Positions 21,601-31,586 of a stretch of DNA of 64,000 nt are shown piece after piece (the first letter of the stretch is position 1; each line of letters opens with the position of its first letter). The notes beneath the pieces are model-generated. The model was not told where the DNA came from. It worked only from the letters and a program-made list of their open reading frames with translations, and did not search any database. The DNA lies in contig OY761556.1 of the NCBI GenBank assembly GCA_963664705.1, positions 6,112,001-6,176,000 on the forward strand. Direction: 5' to 3'. Origin of the DNA: Acidobacteriota bacterium. GTDB lineage: Bacteria; Acidobacteriota; UBA6911. Position numbers and translations under genes: made by a program.

Positions 21601-22096
21601 TCACGGGATCGTCCTCGATATATCCGGATTCGAACAGATACTCGCGGATCATATCGGGAGACATATCCTCTTCCTGCTTCAGCATGAGGCAGTAATTCAG
21701 GAAGCGTTCCGGGGCATGCAGTCGGACGGAGGCGGCACGAACGGATGCCACCAGAACTTTGGGGCCGTCTTGCAGCAGTTGCCAGAGGGCTTTTGCTCGA
21801 GCTGCAGCCGTTTCGGGATGCGGCGACAGACCGCGGTATGGATCCACTTCGAGGCTGGGCAGGTGGATGACACTGACCGGGGAAGGGGAAAGCAGATCAA
21901 TATAAAAACGAAGCTCCTGGGCAAGGCTCAGTGCTTCGGCGTTCGACGGAGTAATGACTGTGGCAGGCCGGTTTTCGGTGAGGATGGCTTTTGCGATCGA
22001 GAGACCTTTAGCTCCGCCGGCAGCCCCTGCGACGGTAAGGACACGAATCCCTTCCTCGAGGCGTGCCGCCACCTGCTGCAGGGCTCCACTCCCCAT
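18638..22096 (-). CDS. mfd: Transcription-repair coupling factor
   Basis: UvrB-like GEFSLRGGILDVF, RID (GDYVVHMDHGIG), CGDVGYGKTEV, DEEQRFGV, QLRGRVGR, TRG motif DLEIRGAGNLLG; exact start uncertain. Confidence 0.96.
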   Translation of the reverse strand: MGSGALQQVAARLEEGIRVLTVAGAAGGAKGLSIAKAILTENRPATVITPSNAEALSLAQELRFYIDLLSPSPVSVIHLPSLEVDPYRGLSPHPETAAARAKALWQLLQDGPKVLVASVRAASVRLHAPERFLNYCLMLKQEEDMSPDMIREYLFESGYIEDDPVTDPGEFSLRGGILDVFPPHLEHPVRLEFFGDRIESIRSFDVDSQRSIETARTVEIIPMREYCFRRELLREWAAKASSFWSDPFMPHLQEELSLARQGEMFPAFEFLLPAADPLEKTLFDYIRGYRLIVVEREVLEATLEKHHAELYEKFVDRVEAHKPVLAPDQIYVATEDFRTGMDRFARIEVEELGVAPSGDAPVYFASQTTRKYHGNIRELIEDLKKFRASGETIAFIVANLGRAERMNDILKEYELPAHLCRPGEYPSLEGTEAGTILLGIGNLHAGYFLPAANFRVLTSNDLFDEADVGQAPRKSKSAQRNLFISDFRDLKPGDYVVHMDHGIGLFNGLKTIGLQEGSSKEFVLLTYQDDAKLYVPVERLDLIQKYSSMGGSRPTLDRLGSTSWSKTKSRIKKSMRDMAEELLKLYAQRQTISGYSFSSDTPWQQEFEDAFEFELTRDQADALSAVKSDMEAPRPMDRLLCGDVGYGKTEVAMRAAFKAVMDGKQAAVLAPTTVLAFQHYNTLKGRFTSFPVRIQLLSRFRSPKEQKQVLEDLEMGRVDVVVGTHRLLSKDVAFKDLGLIVVDEEQRFGVTHKERLKSLKTQVDVLTLSATPIPRTLNMALLGLRDMSTIETPPKNRLAIQTSVLKYSPDVVRSAIEMELARNGQVYFVHNRVESIHSIAARVQQLVPQARIGIAHGQMQERELEKIMLKFVEDQLDVLVATTIIENGLDIPRVNTIIVDRADLYGLSQLYQLRGRVGRSDRRAYAYLLVPSDEALSEVARKRLAAIREFSDLGMGFRVAALDLEIRGAGNLLGGEQHGHIEAVGFDLYCQLLERTVEELRGEKPEEEIATSINLNLDIRIPESYIADSGQRLRMYKRISSASSDEELDGLRQEMVDRFGQYPAPVDHLFRYARLRQETLALQIQSIEKNKSQVFFRFVDQSKVDADKLLKLVTRNKKARFSPQGLLTLDVPDLHPDMLFDSINKILDEIRM

Positions 22097-22190
22097 CGCT
22101 CCTTCGAAGGTCTTCTTCAGTTCAATCAGTTCCGTCTCCGTAGCATTGCAAAAAAAACCGGTGCCAGATCATTTCAGCTTCGACCGCGGG

Positions 22191-22679
22191 CTATTTCTTT
22201 CCGAAGCGATCCAGAACGCGACGTATGATATCGGTTGTGGAAGAACCTTCCACCAGGGGGACATTCAATACAACGCCGCCCGCCTTTTCAACCGTGTCTC
22301 GCCCAACAATGTGTTCAATGCCCCAGTCCGCGCCCTTTACCAGTACATCCGGAACGATCGCATCGATTACCTGCTTCGGCGTGGGGTCATCGAAAATGCA
22401 GACGGCATCCACGCACGCAAGAGATGAAAGAACTTCAGCTCTCTCGAATTCGGGGATGACCGGGCGGGATTCTCCCTTGATTTCGCGGACGGAACGGTCG
22501 CTGTTTATGGCCACGATCAAGGCATCTCCCAAAGCTCTGGCTGCATTTAAATACCGGATATGCCCGACGTGCAGAATATCAAAACAGCCATTTGTGAAAA
22601 CAACTCTTTTGCCCAGTTCCCGGAGTCGGGTCCGCTGCAGAACAACTTCAGAAAGGCTTTGTATTTTTTGGACGGCCAT
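22191..22679 (-). CDS. rfaE2: D-glycero-beta-D-manno-heptose 1-phosphate adenylyltransferase (HldE domain II)
   Basis: [39 protein letters not shown]. Confidence 0.92.
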   Translation of the reverse strand: MAVQKIQSLSEVVLQRTRLRELGKRVVFTNGCFDILHVGHIRYLNAARALGDALIVAINSDRSVREIKGESRPVIPEFERAEVLSSLACVDAVCIFDDPTPKQVIDAIVPDVLVKGADWGIEHIVGRDTVEKAGGVVLNVPLVEGSSTTDIIRRVLDRFGKK

Positions 22680-22764
22680 AGCAAGGTTCGAGGATAGCAG
22701 ATGCAATAGGATGCGGCAAGATTCAGAAACCGGTATTCATTGGGAGCGCCGTGGTGGGAGCAGA

Positions 22765-23442
22765 TTATCGTTTTCTCCGATGCGGGCCGATTTGGATGTC
22801 GACCTGGATCAGATTGGGCGAGGATGTTCGAATGGAGCTATCTTTGATGTTCAGGCCGACAAAGAACCTTAAGGGCTGTTTCTGTTCGCTGACCGAAACC
22901 GGTTCGGTGGTCAATTCACGTATTCCCTCAATGTGAGAACGCGGACCGGTAATGGTTGCGGTGGCTGGTCTGGAGGCGCGCTCCAAGATCTCAAACCCTC
23001 GCACCGGTTCTCCCCGCACCGGAACGACAATCGGTACCTCTTTTGAAATCGTCCGTTCCAGGGTCAGGATTACTCGCGAGGGCTGCACCTGAGTTACCTC
23101 TATGCCTGAGCCTTTTGTGATTTTCACATTTTCCGGCGTGAGGGTGATGACGTGTTCCCCTTCCTTCGCTCCGGAGAGATCCACCATGCAGGTTGTTGGC
23201 ACCGGCTGGTTCAGCAGCAGATCCGATAATGCCGCGCCTCTCACCGTCACCTCCACGGACGTGGGATCCTCCCGCGTGATTTCCATATGCCGAGGCAGTT
23301 GCACCTCCAGCGGTACTCCCCGGATCACCCTTTGAAGACCGGGCTCGCTTCGGACAATCAGCCACAGCATCATGGCGAGGAGAAGCGCCGTGACCTTCAG
23401 TGTCCAGTTTTCCAGGATGTACTCTCTGACAAGACGTCTCAT
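22765..23442 (-). CDS. cdaR: CdaR/YbbR-like diadenylate cyclase regulator
   Basis: ENWTLKVTALLLAMMLW transmembrane anchor followed by YbbR-type repeats; 4-nt overlap with cdaA. Confidence 0.8.
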   Translation of the reverse strand: MRRLVREYILENWTLKVTALLLAMMLWLIVRSEPGLQRVIRGVPLEVQLPRHMEITREDPTSVEVTVRGAALSDLLLNQPVPTTCMVDLSGAKEGEHVITLTPENVKITKGSGIEVTQVQPSRVILTLERTISKEVPIVVPVRGEPVRGFEILERASRPATATITGPRSHIEGIRELTTEPVSVSEQKQPLRFFVGLNIKDSSIRTSSPNLIQVDIQIGPHRRKR

Positions 23443-24254
23443 ACGGCTTTCCGGTGCTGGTCGACAAAGCGGGATATGTGAGAGATGGATTTTCCCTCCG
23501 CCGCATTCTGCAGTGCAGCGCGCAGGCTGGCTCCATCAAGATCGCGCGTGATTTTGCCTCCAATCGCCAGCGAGATGGTACCGGTCTCCTCCGATACGAT
23601 GATGGCGACGGCGTCTGTTTCTTCCGTAATGCCGATGGCCGCCCGATGCCGTGTGCCCAGTTCTTTGCTGAGGTACGGATCCAGCGTTAATGGCAGGAAG
23701 CAGCCGGCCGCAACAATGCGGTTATGCTGCACGATGACCGCCCCGTCGTGCAGTGGCGTGTTCGGGACGAAAATGGTGACCAGAAGATCGTAGGTGAGCA
23801 TTGCATCCAGCGCAATTCCGCTTTCCACGTAATTACGAAGGCCGATATCCCGTTCCAGGACAACCAGCGCTCCAATTTTCTTTGAAGCGAGGGTGGTGGC
23901 TGCAAGGACGATTTCTTCGAAGCCCTCATTTTTTTTCCGTCGCTGATGTCCCCATATGGATGTCTTGCCCAGTCCGGCCAACCCCCGCCTGATCTCGCTC
24001 TGGTAGAGCACAATGACGGCAAAAACAATATAGGTGAGTACATTCGACAGCAGCCACTGGACGGCGGTCAGGCGATAGAAACGCGTCACCCAGTAGAAAA
24101 GCAGAAGGGTGACAATGCCCAGCGTCATCTGCATGCCGCGCGTCCCGCGCATCAACAGCAGGAAGCGATAGATAATGAAGGCCACGAGAAGGATGTCGAT
24201 GCAGTCTCGAATTGAGAATGGAGTGAAACGGAAGAATTCCAGCAATGAGTCCAT
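23439..24254 (-). CDS. cdaA: Diadenylate cyclase CdaA (c-di-AMP synthase)
   Basis: Three N-terminal TM helices, then PLHDGA, LGTRHRAA and VSEETG DAC motifs. Confidence 0.95.
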   Translation of the reverse strand: MDSLLEFFRFTPFSIRDCIDILLVAFIIYRFLLLMRGTRGMQMTLGIVTLLLFYWVTRFYRLTAVQWLLSNVLTYIVFAVIVLYQSEIRRGLAGLGKTSIWGHQRRKKNEGFEEIVLAATTLASKKIGALVVLERDIGLRNYVESGIALDAMLTYDLLVTIFVPNTPLHDGAVIVQHNRIVAAGCFLPLTLDPYLSKELGTRHRAAIGITEETDAVAIIVSEETGTISLAIGGKITRDLDGASLRAALQNAAEGKSISHISRFVDQHRKAV

Positions 24255-24316
24255 GTAGTGGGTTCACTCCCGAGGATCCCTGATGGGATCAACACTCGTC
24301 CTGTTTCAGCAAAATG

Positions 24317-25186
24317 CTATTCCTGGCGAATCATTACATCCGTAACATCGGTGACTTCGCGAACGGCCGCGACGTCATGCACCCGCACGATATGTGCCCC
24401 AAAAATAATAGATGCAGTTACCGTTGCACAGGTTCCCAAAACCAGTTCACTGGCAGGCTTTTTGATAACAGAGCCGATGAATGATTTCCGGGACGTCCCC
24501 ACCAGTAGGGGGAATCCGGCAGCGGCGAGCCGGTCCAGATTGCGAATCAGCTCAAAATTCTGGGCGGCCGTTTTCCCAAACCCGATACCCGGGTCGAGCA
24601 CAATCTTATCTGAGGATACACCAGAGTTTTTGGCGCGCGCAACGGCTTCTTGCGCCCAGACGTCCACATCGCGCAGGATGTCCTCGCTGGGCGGGATCTT
24701 CTGCATGTTGTTGGGTTCGCCGCGCATGTGCATCAGCACCACCGCCGCTCCGTGCCTGGCGACTTCCGCTCCGATGCCCGGATCCTTCTGCAGTGCGCTG
24801 ATGTCGTTGATGATGCAGGCGCCCGCATCCAGTGCGGCCTTGGCCACCTCCGCCTTTGATGTGTCGACCGAAATCGGAATGGGATATTTCCTGCCGGCTG
24901 CCAGTGCCTCCAGCGTCGGGATTACGCGCCGCAATTCCTCCTCGGTGCCGACGCCCTGCGAACCGGGGCGAGTGGACTCTCCTCCGATGTCCAGTATGTC
25001 CGCGCCTTGTTCGGCAATCTGCCATGCACGGTCTACCGCTGCCGTGTGTTCAAAGAACTTCCCTTTATCCGAAAAGGAATCCGGCGTGATATTCAGGATG
25101 CCCATAACCAAAGTTCTATCGCCCAATTCCAGGGTCCACTCTCCGGCGTGAAGCGTAAAGCGCTTTCGTGAACACAGTTCAGCCAT
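24317..25186 (-). CDS. folP: Dihydropteroate synthase
   Basis: MGILNITPDSFSD, DIGGESTRPG, DPGIGFGK, SRKSF, VRVHDV. Confidence 0.96.
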   Translation of the reverse strand: MAELCSRKRFTLHAGEWTLELGDRTLVMGILNITPDSFSDKGKFFEHTAAVDRAWQIAEQGADILDIGGESTRPGSQGVGTEEELRRVIPTLEALAAGRKYPIPISVDTSKAEVAKAALDAGACIINDISALQKDPGIGAEVARHGAAVVLMHMRGEPNNMQKIPPSEDILRDVDVWAQEAVARAKNSGVSSDKIVLDPGIGFGKTAAQNFELIRNLDRLAAAGFPLLVGTSRKSFIGSVIKKPASELVLGTCATVTASIIFGAHIVRVHDVAAVREVTDVTDVMIRQE

Positions 25187-25253
25187 GGCAGTTTTCCTCC
25201 TTCGCGGGACTCGCGCAGGTGCTTTCTTGCAGCAGAGTACGCAGACTATGGGC

Positions 25254-25291
25254 AAAAAAATAAGGACGGCTCAGAAAGCCGTCCTTATTTT
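25254..25291 (-). terminator. Intrinsic terminator after ftsH
   Basis: aaaataaggacggct-cagaa-agccgtccttatttt hairpin with flanking A/T runs. Confidence 0.8.
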
Positions 25292-25313
25292 ACTACGATG
25301 TCCTGCATAGGAA

Positions 25314-27239
25314 CTATGCGGGAGCGGGTTTCCCTTTGGGGTTCATGAGTTGAGGGAGAGGCGTGTGTCCGGAATTCTTCTCTTTTTCCTTCGCCGTCTT
25401 TCCGTCATCAACGTCCGAACTGGCTTCCGGTTTTGCCTTCAGCGGCTGACCCTTGATAATGGCTTCGATGTCGCAACTGTCCAGCGTTTCGTATTCCAGA
25501 AGAGCTTCCGCGAGGCGAATCAGGCTTTCACGGTTTTCTTCCAGAGTTTTTGATGCCCGCGCATATCCCTGTTCCACGATCCGTTTTACTTCCTGATCGA
25601 TTCGGATGGCCGTGTCTTCGCTGTAATCACGGTGCTGCGCGATTTCCCTGCCCAGGAATATCTGTTCTTCCTTTTTTCCGAAGGTTAGCGGGCCCATGGC
25701 CGGGCTCATGCCCCATTCGGTCACCATCTTGCGAGCGCGTTCGGTAGCGACTTCGATGTCGTTGGCAGCCCCGGTCGTCTCGAGGTCCAGGAACATCTTT
25801 TCCGCGCAACGGCCGCCCATGAGAATGGCAATCTGGCCCTCAACAAATTCTTTTGTGTAATTGTGCTTGTCGGTTTCCGGAAGCTGCTGTGTCAATCCAA
25901 GCGCCATTCCGCGCGGGATGATGGTTACCTTGTGAAGCGGATCGCTTCCCGGAATCATGAAAGCCACCATGGCGTGTCCGGCTTCGTGATAAGCCGTAAC
26001 CTTTTTGTCGCTTTCGGTAATCACCATGGATTTCCGTTCCTTGCCCATCAGAACTTTATCCTTGGCTCCCTCAAAATCACTCATGGCAACAACTTTGCGA
26101 TTGTAACGGGCGGCATTCAGAGCCGCTTCATTGACCAGATTCGCAAGGGAAGCACCGGAGAATCCGGGCGTGCCGCGGGCGATCACCGAAACATTGACAT
26201 CATCCGCAATCGGGATCTTGCGCGTGTGCACTTTCAGAATCCCTTCGCGCCCGCGAATATCGGGCAGCGGCACAACGACCTGCCGATCGAACCGGCCCGG
26301 TCGGAGCAAGGCCGGGTCAAGAACATCCGGTCGGTTGCTGGCGGCAATAAGGATGACGCCGTCATTGGACTCAAATCCGTCCATTTCAACAAGCAGCTGG
26401 TTCAGCGTCTGTTCTCGTTCGTCATGTCCGCCGCCAAGACCCGCGCCGCGGTGCCTGCCGACCGCATCGATTTCGTCGATGAAAATGATGCAGGGCGCGT
26501 TCTTTTTGCCCTGCTCAAACAGATCTCGGACCCTGCTGGCTCCAACACCAACAAACATTTCCACGAAATCCGAACCGCTGATGGAAAAGAAAGGCACATT
26601 GGCTTCGCCGGCTATTGCGCGGGCGAGAAGGGTCTTCCCGGTTCCGGGAGGTCCCATTAGGAGAACACCTTTCGGGATTCTGCCCCCCAGCTTCTGGAAT
26701 TTTTGGGGTTCCTTGAGAAACTCAATAATCTCCGTGAGCTCCTCTTTAGCCTCCTCGACTCCAGCCACATCCTTAAATGTCACTTTCTTCTGCTGACTGG
26801 ACATGAGCCGGGCGCGGCTTTTGCCAAAAGACAGCGCCTTGTTGCCGCCGCTCTGCATTTGCCTCATCAGGAAAATCCAGAAACCGATCAGCAGGAGCAG
26901 TGGCAGCCAGGATGAGAGGAATATGGAAAGCAGCGAGGAGTTCGAGGATTTTTCGAACTTAACAAAAACACCATTGTTCTGCAGGTCCTTAAATAGATCC
27001 CAACTGGCTTCGGCCGGTATGGTGGTCTTGAATTTCTTGCCGCTAATGTCCTCTCCCGTAAGGTCTTCGCCGATTATTGTGACCGCTTTGACCTTTTTTG
27101 CGGAAACATCCTGGTAGAAGGCGGAAAAGTCCTTCTCTTCAATATTGACATCGTGGATGTTGTAGAACAGTTGCCATAAAAGGACTAGTGACACAACTAT
27201 TGCCAACCAGACCAGTATGTTCTTCAGATTGGTGCTCAA
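25314..27239 (-). CDS. ftsH: ATP-dependent zinc metalloprotease FtsH
   Basis: Two TM helices, [31 protein letters not shown]; TTG start with GGAGG RBS. Confidence 0.97.
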   Translation of the reverse strand: MSTNLKNILVWLAIVVSLVLLWQLFYNIHDVNIEEKDFSAFYQDVSAKKVKAVTIIGEDLTGEDISGKKFKTTIPAEASWDLFKDLQNNGVFVKFEKSSNSSLLSIFLSSWLPLLLLIGFWIFLMRQMQSGGNKALSFGKSRARLMSSQQKKVTFKDVAGVEEAKEELTEIIEFLKEPQKFQKLGGRIPKGVLLMGPPGTGKTLLARAIAGEANVPFFSISGSDFVEMFVGVGASRVRDLFEQGKKNAPCIIFIDEIDAVGRHRGAGLGGGHDEREQTLNQLLVEMDGFESNDGVILIAASNRPDVLDPALLRPGRFDRQVVVPLPDIRGREGILKVHTRKIPIADDVNVSVIARGTPGFSGASLANLVNEAALNAARYNRKVVAMSDFEGAKDKVLMGKERKSMVITESDKKVTAYHEAGHAMVAFMIPGSDPLHKVTIIPRGMALGLTQQLPETDKHNYTKEFVEGQIAILMGGRCAEKMFLDLETTGAANDIEVATERARKMVTEWGMSPAMGPLTFGKKEEQIFLGREIAQHRDYSEDTAIRIDQEVKRIVEQGYARASKTLEENRESLIRLAEALLEYETLDSCDIEAIIKGQPLKAKPEASSDVDDGKTAKEKEKNSGHTPLPQLMNPKGKPAPA

Positions 27240-27518
27240 GTAACAAACCTCCCGTGGGAACTTTGGAAGCTGGGCAAATTACCTGCAAAGTCCACAAACC
27301 TAATTATACCAGAGCCATTCAATGGTTTCCTAGGAATGAGATACGTTCAAGGAAGCCCCTGGTGGCATTCCATATATAAGACGTATTCCGCCCTCGCGCC
27401 ATTACATGGAATATAGACAGCGTTTTGTGCCTGCCGGTTGCATAAAAAATGAGAAGAATCAGGGAGGCCCGGGAGCCGGAACCGGAAACTATGCCGCGCA
27501 AAAGACGAGAGATGCCTG

Positions 27519-28913
27519 TTAGTCCAATTTTTTCATTTGTATACGGACACAGTCGACCGAGCCGGACTTTGCCTCGAACCCGCGTGCAGGCCGGAAACCC
27601 GGGACCCACAACACTTTACTTTCATATACAACCATCGGCAGGGTGGCTCGGGCGGATACCGGAATTTTATGGTCAATCAGCATCTTCTTGACCTTCCGAT
27701 GACCCGGTCCTCCATAGCGGTCGCCCGGTATTCGGGACCTTATGGCCAATTTTCCGGGTATGGCGGAGATCTCGAAAAACGCCTGCATGCTGCAGGTCGC
27801 CTGCATTGCTTCCGGGTCCGGCCTCGCCGTAACCGTAGCAGTGAATTCAGCCTGGGATTCCGGTATCGAGCAGCGTCCCGGGATAGTCAGGTCATAGGTA
27901 AATGCCGTTTCCGGCGGAATCGGTGTGTTCCTGATCAGAATCCCGTCGAATTCCCTCACGGCAGTGCACCCGTGCGGCAGGTGGACTTGCGCGCCACTCT
28001 GCTCTTCCTGCATGAGATCCAGGATGCTGAGGATGTGAACCGCACCGATGCTGCGCAGAGATCCCTGGCAATGTCGAATGGCCAGCCGGATCACCTCCCT
28101 TTGCATAGCCGGATGGATCTTCCGAAGATCGGCCAGGTTCAGCGAAATTCCGTCTTTCTTTTGAGTGTGAATTGACGCAAACAGACCTTGAGCGTGCGAT
28201 TCAATAAAGGACCAGGTTTCACGCGCAAGCATGGATTGCCGTGCCAGGGTGGGGATCAACTGCGGATTGAAATTTTCCTCCAGCATGGGAACTACTTCGT
28301 GGCGCAAACGGTTCCTTGAATACCGGACGTCGCTGTTGGTGGAATCCTCACGGTAGGGTGCATTTTCCGCAGACAGGTATTCGAGGATTGATCCGCGGGA
28401 ACACTCCAGCAGCGGGCGAATGATAAGCCCATCCATAACCGGGTGAATGGCGGAGAGCCCTTCGATCCCGCTGCCCCGGATAAACCGGAAAAGGGCGGTC
28501 TCAGCCTGGTCATTCATGGTGTGTCCCACCGCGATCTTTCCCGCCTTGACGTCGCGGGCGCTCCGCTTCAGGAATTCGTAGCGCTTTTCGCGGGCAATCT
28601 CCTCCAGATTTCTTTTTTCGGAGACCGCTATTTCCTTGATGTTGATGGATTCCGAGATATACGAGAGATTCAGCCGGGAACTCAGGCGCCGTACAAATTC
28701 CTCGTCGGCAATCGCCTCCATTCCCCTGATGCCGTGATTCAGATGGGCAACAGTCAAAGTCAGGCTCAATTCAGAAGCGAGTTTATGGAGGCAGAGCAGA
28801 AGGGCCACCGAATCCGGACCTCCCGAGACGGCAACCAAAACGGACTCGCCGCCGGCAAGCATCCCGAATCGCTGGATAGTGGTTCGAACGCGGAGTTCCA
28901 GGGTGTTCAGCAT
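27519..28913 (-). CDS. tilS: tRNA(Ile)-lysidine synthetase
   Basis: VAVSGGPDS, HLNHGIR, AREKRY, GHTMNDQAET, IRPLL, RNRLR. Confidence 0.95.
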   Translation of the reverse strand: MLNTLELRVRTTIQRFGMLAGGESVLVAVSGGPDSVALLLCLHKLASELSLTLTVAHLNHGIRGMEAIADEEFVRRLSSRLNLSYISESINIKEIAVSEKRNLEEIAREKRYEFLKRSARDVKAGKIAVGHTMNDQAETALFRFIRGSGIEGLSAIHPVMDGLIIRPLLECSRGSILEYLSAENAPYREDSTNSDVRYSRNRLRHEVVPMLEENFNPQLIPTLARQSMLARETWSFIESHAQGLFASIHTQKKDGISLNLADLRKIHPAMQREVIRLAIRHCQGSLRSIGAVHILSILDLMQEEQSGAQVHLPHGCTAVREFDGILIRNTPIPPETAFTYDLTIPGRCSIPESQAEFTATVTARPDPEAMQATCSMQAFFEISAIPGKLAIRSRIPGDRYGGPGHRKVKKMLIDHKIPVSARATLPMVVYESKVLWVPGFRPARGFEAKSGSVDCVRIQMKKLD

Positions 28914-29188
28914 TTTCCACTAATACCACAAAGACCTTTGCTTTTCTGCAGTTTATTCAGGTACGGATCCATGCAGGTATCATTTGTCGTTGAAGCCAGG
29001 GAATCGGGTGCCATTTGCGCAATGCCCTGCGGAAGGGACGGCAGCATAATTGCGACCAGCCCTGTCGCCGTGACCGGCATGACCGCACCGTTTTGAGGCG
29101 GGCTTTCGTCATCTGTCGGGCGCTTATTCAGTGCGGTCATTTTCCAGGAACTTCAAGGTTTGGGCTGCCGCATGATCCATGATAGTTG

Positions 29189-29197
29189 TGTTATAAT
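29189..29197 (+). promoter_or_regulatory. Extended -10 sigma70 promoter of hemB-hemL
   Basis: TGTTATAAT (TGn-TATAAT) about 40 nt upstream of the hemB ATG. Confidence 0.55.
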
Positions 29198-29234
29198 CGA
29201 CAACTCTCGAGTGTTTCCGGCCAAAGGAGGATCA

Positions 29235-30206
29235 ATGGCTTTCCCAATAACGCGTCCAAGACGGCTTCGCATGAATGCCAATGTTCGGGACATGGTTCGC
29301 GAAACGCGTCTATCGCCCGAGCAGATGATTTATCCACTATTTGTCTGTCCCGGGATGGGAGTGAAGAAAGAGATCTCCTCAATGCCTGGCAACTATCAGT
29401 GGTCCATTGACCTTCTGGTGGAAGAGGTTCGTTCTGTCAAGGCGCTGGGGATCGGCGGGATTCTCCTGTTTGGAATTCCCGAGCGGAAGGATGACCATGG
29501 CACCGGTGCTTATGATGAACACGGCATTGTTCAGGACGCGGTTCGTGCACTGAAAAGCGCGGTAAAAGATCTCCTGGTAATTACCGATGTTTGCCTTTGC
29601 GAATATACCGCCAATGGTCACTGCGGGCTTGTCTCCGGCGAGGAAATCCTCAATGATCCCAGCCTTGATCTGCTTGCCAGGGCAGCACTGGCGCAAGCCA
29701 AAGCCGGCGCCGATATTGTGGCTCCATCCGATATGATGGATGGAAGAGTGGGAGCCATACGAAAGCGCCTGGACGAGAATGGATTTGTGAATATCCCGAT
29801 CCTGTCGTATGCCGTGAAATATGCATCGGGGTATTATGGACCCTTCAGGGAGGCTGCGGAGTCCGCCCCTGCCTTCGGCGACCGGCGCAGTCACCAGATG
29901 GATCCGGCGAATGCCCTGGAGGCCTTGCGGGAAGTAGACCTTGATATCGAGGAAGGGGCTGACATCATTATGGTGAAGCCTGCCGGTCCTTACCTGGATA
30001 TTATCCGGATGCTGAAGGATCGATATCCGGTTCCCATTGCCGCATATCAGGTCAGTGGAGAGTATTCCGCGCTGGTCGCCGCCGGGCGCCTGGGATGGCT
30101 TGATCTTCCGCGCACCATGATGGAGTCTCTGATCGGGATCAGGCGCGCCGGTGCGGACATTATCTTCACTTATTTTGCAAAAGATGCAGCAGCGGTTTTG
30201 GGATAA
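29235..30206 (+). CDS. hemB: Porphobilinogen synthase
   Basis: [20 protein letters not shown] (Zn-type), [22 protein letters not shown]; AGGAGG RBS before ATG 29235. Confidence 0.97.
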   Translation: MAFPITRPRRLRMNANVRDMVRETRLSPEQMIYPLFVCPGMGVKKEISSMPGNYQWSIDLLVEEVRSVKALGIGGILLFGIPERKDDHGTGAYDEHGIVQDAVRALKSAVKDLLVITDVCLCEYTANGHCGLVSGEEILNDPSLDLLARAALAQAKAGADIVAPSDMMDGRVGAIRKRLDENGFVNIPILSYAVKYASGYYGPFREAAESAPAFGDRRSHQMDPANALEALREVDLDIEEGADIIMVKPAGPYLDIIRMLKDRYPVPIAAYQVSGEYSALVAAGRLGWLDLPRTMMESLIGIRRAGADIIFTYFAKDAAAVLG

Positions 30207-30221
30207 ACATAGAACCTAGTT

Positions 30222-30263
30222 GATCTGGAATCTGATATCCGGAATTTGAAATCCGAAATTCCC
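30222..30263. repeat. Degenerate heptamer tandem repeat between hemB and hemL
   Basis: gatctgg aatctga tatccgg aatttga aatccga aattccc: 7-nt periodicity. Confidence 0.55.
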
Positions 30264-30275
30264 ATGGGAGCTACC

Positions 30276-31562
30276 GTGAACCGACGATCAAAGACCCTGT
30301 TTTCGCGTGCCCAGAAATTGATACCCGGCGGAGTGAACAGTCCTGTTCGCGCTTTCCGCAGCGTTGGCGGCGAACCGCGCTTTATCCAGTCCGGCAAGGG
30401 AAGTCATGTAACCGATGTGGATGGACAATCCTATATCGACTATCTGGGTTCCTGGGGGCCGCTGATTCTCGGTCACTGTCCATCCAAGGTCCAGGCCGCT
30501 TTGCGGAGCCAGATTGCGCTGGGGACCAGTTTCGGGGCTACCACGGAGAATGAGGTCGTCATCGCGGAAATGGTTACCAAAGCGTTCTCGTCCATCGAGA
30601 AGGTGCGCCTGGTCAATTCAGGGACCGAGGCGACCATGAGTGCGATCCGGCTGGCGCGGGCTTTTACCGGCCGCAACAAGATCATCAAGTTTGACGGCTG
30701 CTACCACGGACACGTGGATAGTCTGCTGGTGAAAGCGGGTTCCGGGATTGCTACCCTGGGCTTGCCGGATAGCGCGGGCGTTCAGCCGCAGGATTGCAGT
30801 TCCACATTTTCGGTGCCATACAACGACGCGGATATGGTGCAGCATGTTCTCGAGGAGAATCGCGCGGAAGTGGCTGCCGTGATTATTGAACCCATTGCCG
30901 GCAATATGGGGACGGTGCTGCCCGCGAAGGGATTTCTTCAGAGGTTGAGGAAACTGACGCGTGAGCATGGGGCGCTGCTGATATTTGACGAGGTGATCAC
31001 CGGTTTCCGCCTGTCCTACGGAGGAGCCCAGGAACTGTTGAATATCAAGCCGGACCTGACTTGTCTCGGGAAGATTATTGGCGGCGGGTTGCCGGTAGGT
31101 GCCTACGGCGGGCATCGGGAGATCATGAAATGGATCGCCCCGGAAGGCCCTGTCTATCAGGCGGGTACGCTTTCGGGCAATCCACTGGCTGTCGCGGCAG
31201 GCATCGCGGCGTTGGGAGCTTTGAAACAGCCCGGGATCTACAAGAAACTCGAAAGCATGACGCTGGAGCTGACTGCAGGGTTGCAGAAGGCCGCGGAAGA
31301 AGCCGGGGTGCCTGTTCAGATCAACCAGATCGGCTCCATGTTCACGGTGTTCTTCACCCCTACGCCTGTGACTGATTTTCAGACGGCAAAGACCTGCAAC
31401 ACGGCAAGCTATGGAAAATTTTTCCATTCACTGCTGGATCAGGGAGTTTATTTTCCCCCCTCGCAATTCGAAACCTGCTTTATATCGCTGGCGCACAGCA
31501 GGGCGGATATCAAGGCGACCATTCAAGCCGCCAGAGTGGCATTCAAAGCCGCGCTGCGGTAG
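30276..31562 (+). CDS. hemL: Glutamate-1-semialdehyde 2,1-aminomutase
   Basis: PGGVNSPVRAF, NSGTEATM, GCYHGH, FDEVITGFR, GKIIGGG, QAGTLSGNP; start is GTG 30276 (GGAG RBS) or ATG 30264. Confidence 0.96.
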   Translation: MNRRSKTLFSRAQKLIPGGVNSPVRAFRSVGGEPRFIQSGKGSHVTDVDGQSYIDYLGSWGPLILGHCPSKVQAALRSQIALGTSFGATTENEVVIAEMVTKAFSSIEKVRLVNSGTEATMSAIRLARAFTGRNKIIKFDGCYHGHVDSLLVKAGSGIATLGLPDSAGVQPQDCSSTFSVPYNDADMVQHVLEENRAEVAAVIIEPIAGNMGTVLPAKGFLQRLRKLTREHGALLIFDEVITGFRLSYGGAQELLNIKPDLTCLGKIIGGGLPVGAYGGHREIMKWIAPEGPVYQAGTLSGNPLAVAAGIAALGALKQPGIYKKLESMTLELTAGLQKAAEEAGVPVQINQIGSMFTVFFTPTPVTDFQTAKTCNTASYGKFFHSLLDQGVYFPPSQFETCFISLAHSRADIKATIQAARVAFKAALR

Positions 31563-31586
31563 ATGCCCAAAGTCCGAGGCCGGGAG

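Noticed and set aside
22150-22172. A8 tract that could frameshift an upstream ATG into mfd
   Set aside because: All recognisable Mfd domains are intact from 22096; no evidence the extension is needed.
28995-29140. Cobalamin-riboswitch-like GGGAAnnnGGTG and a hairpin upstream of hemB
   Set aside because: No B12 box, wrong spacing, and it lies upstream of the apparent hemB -10 element.
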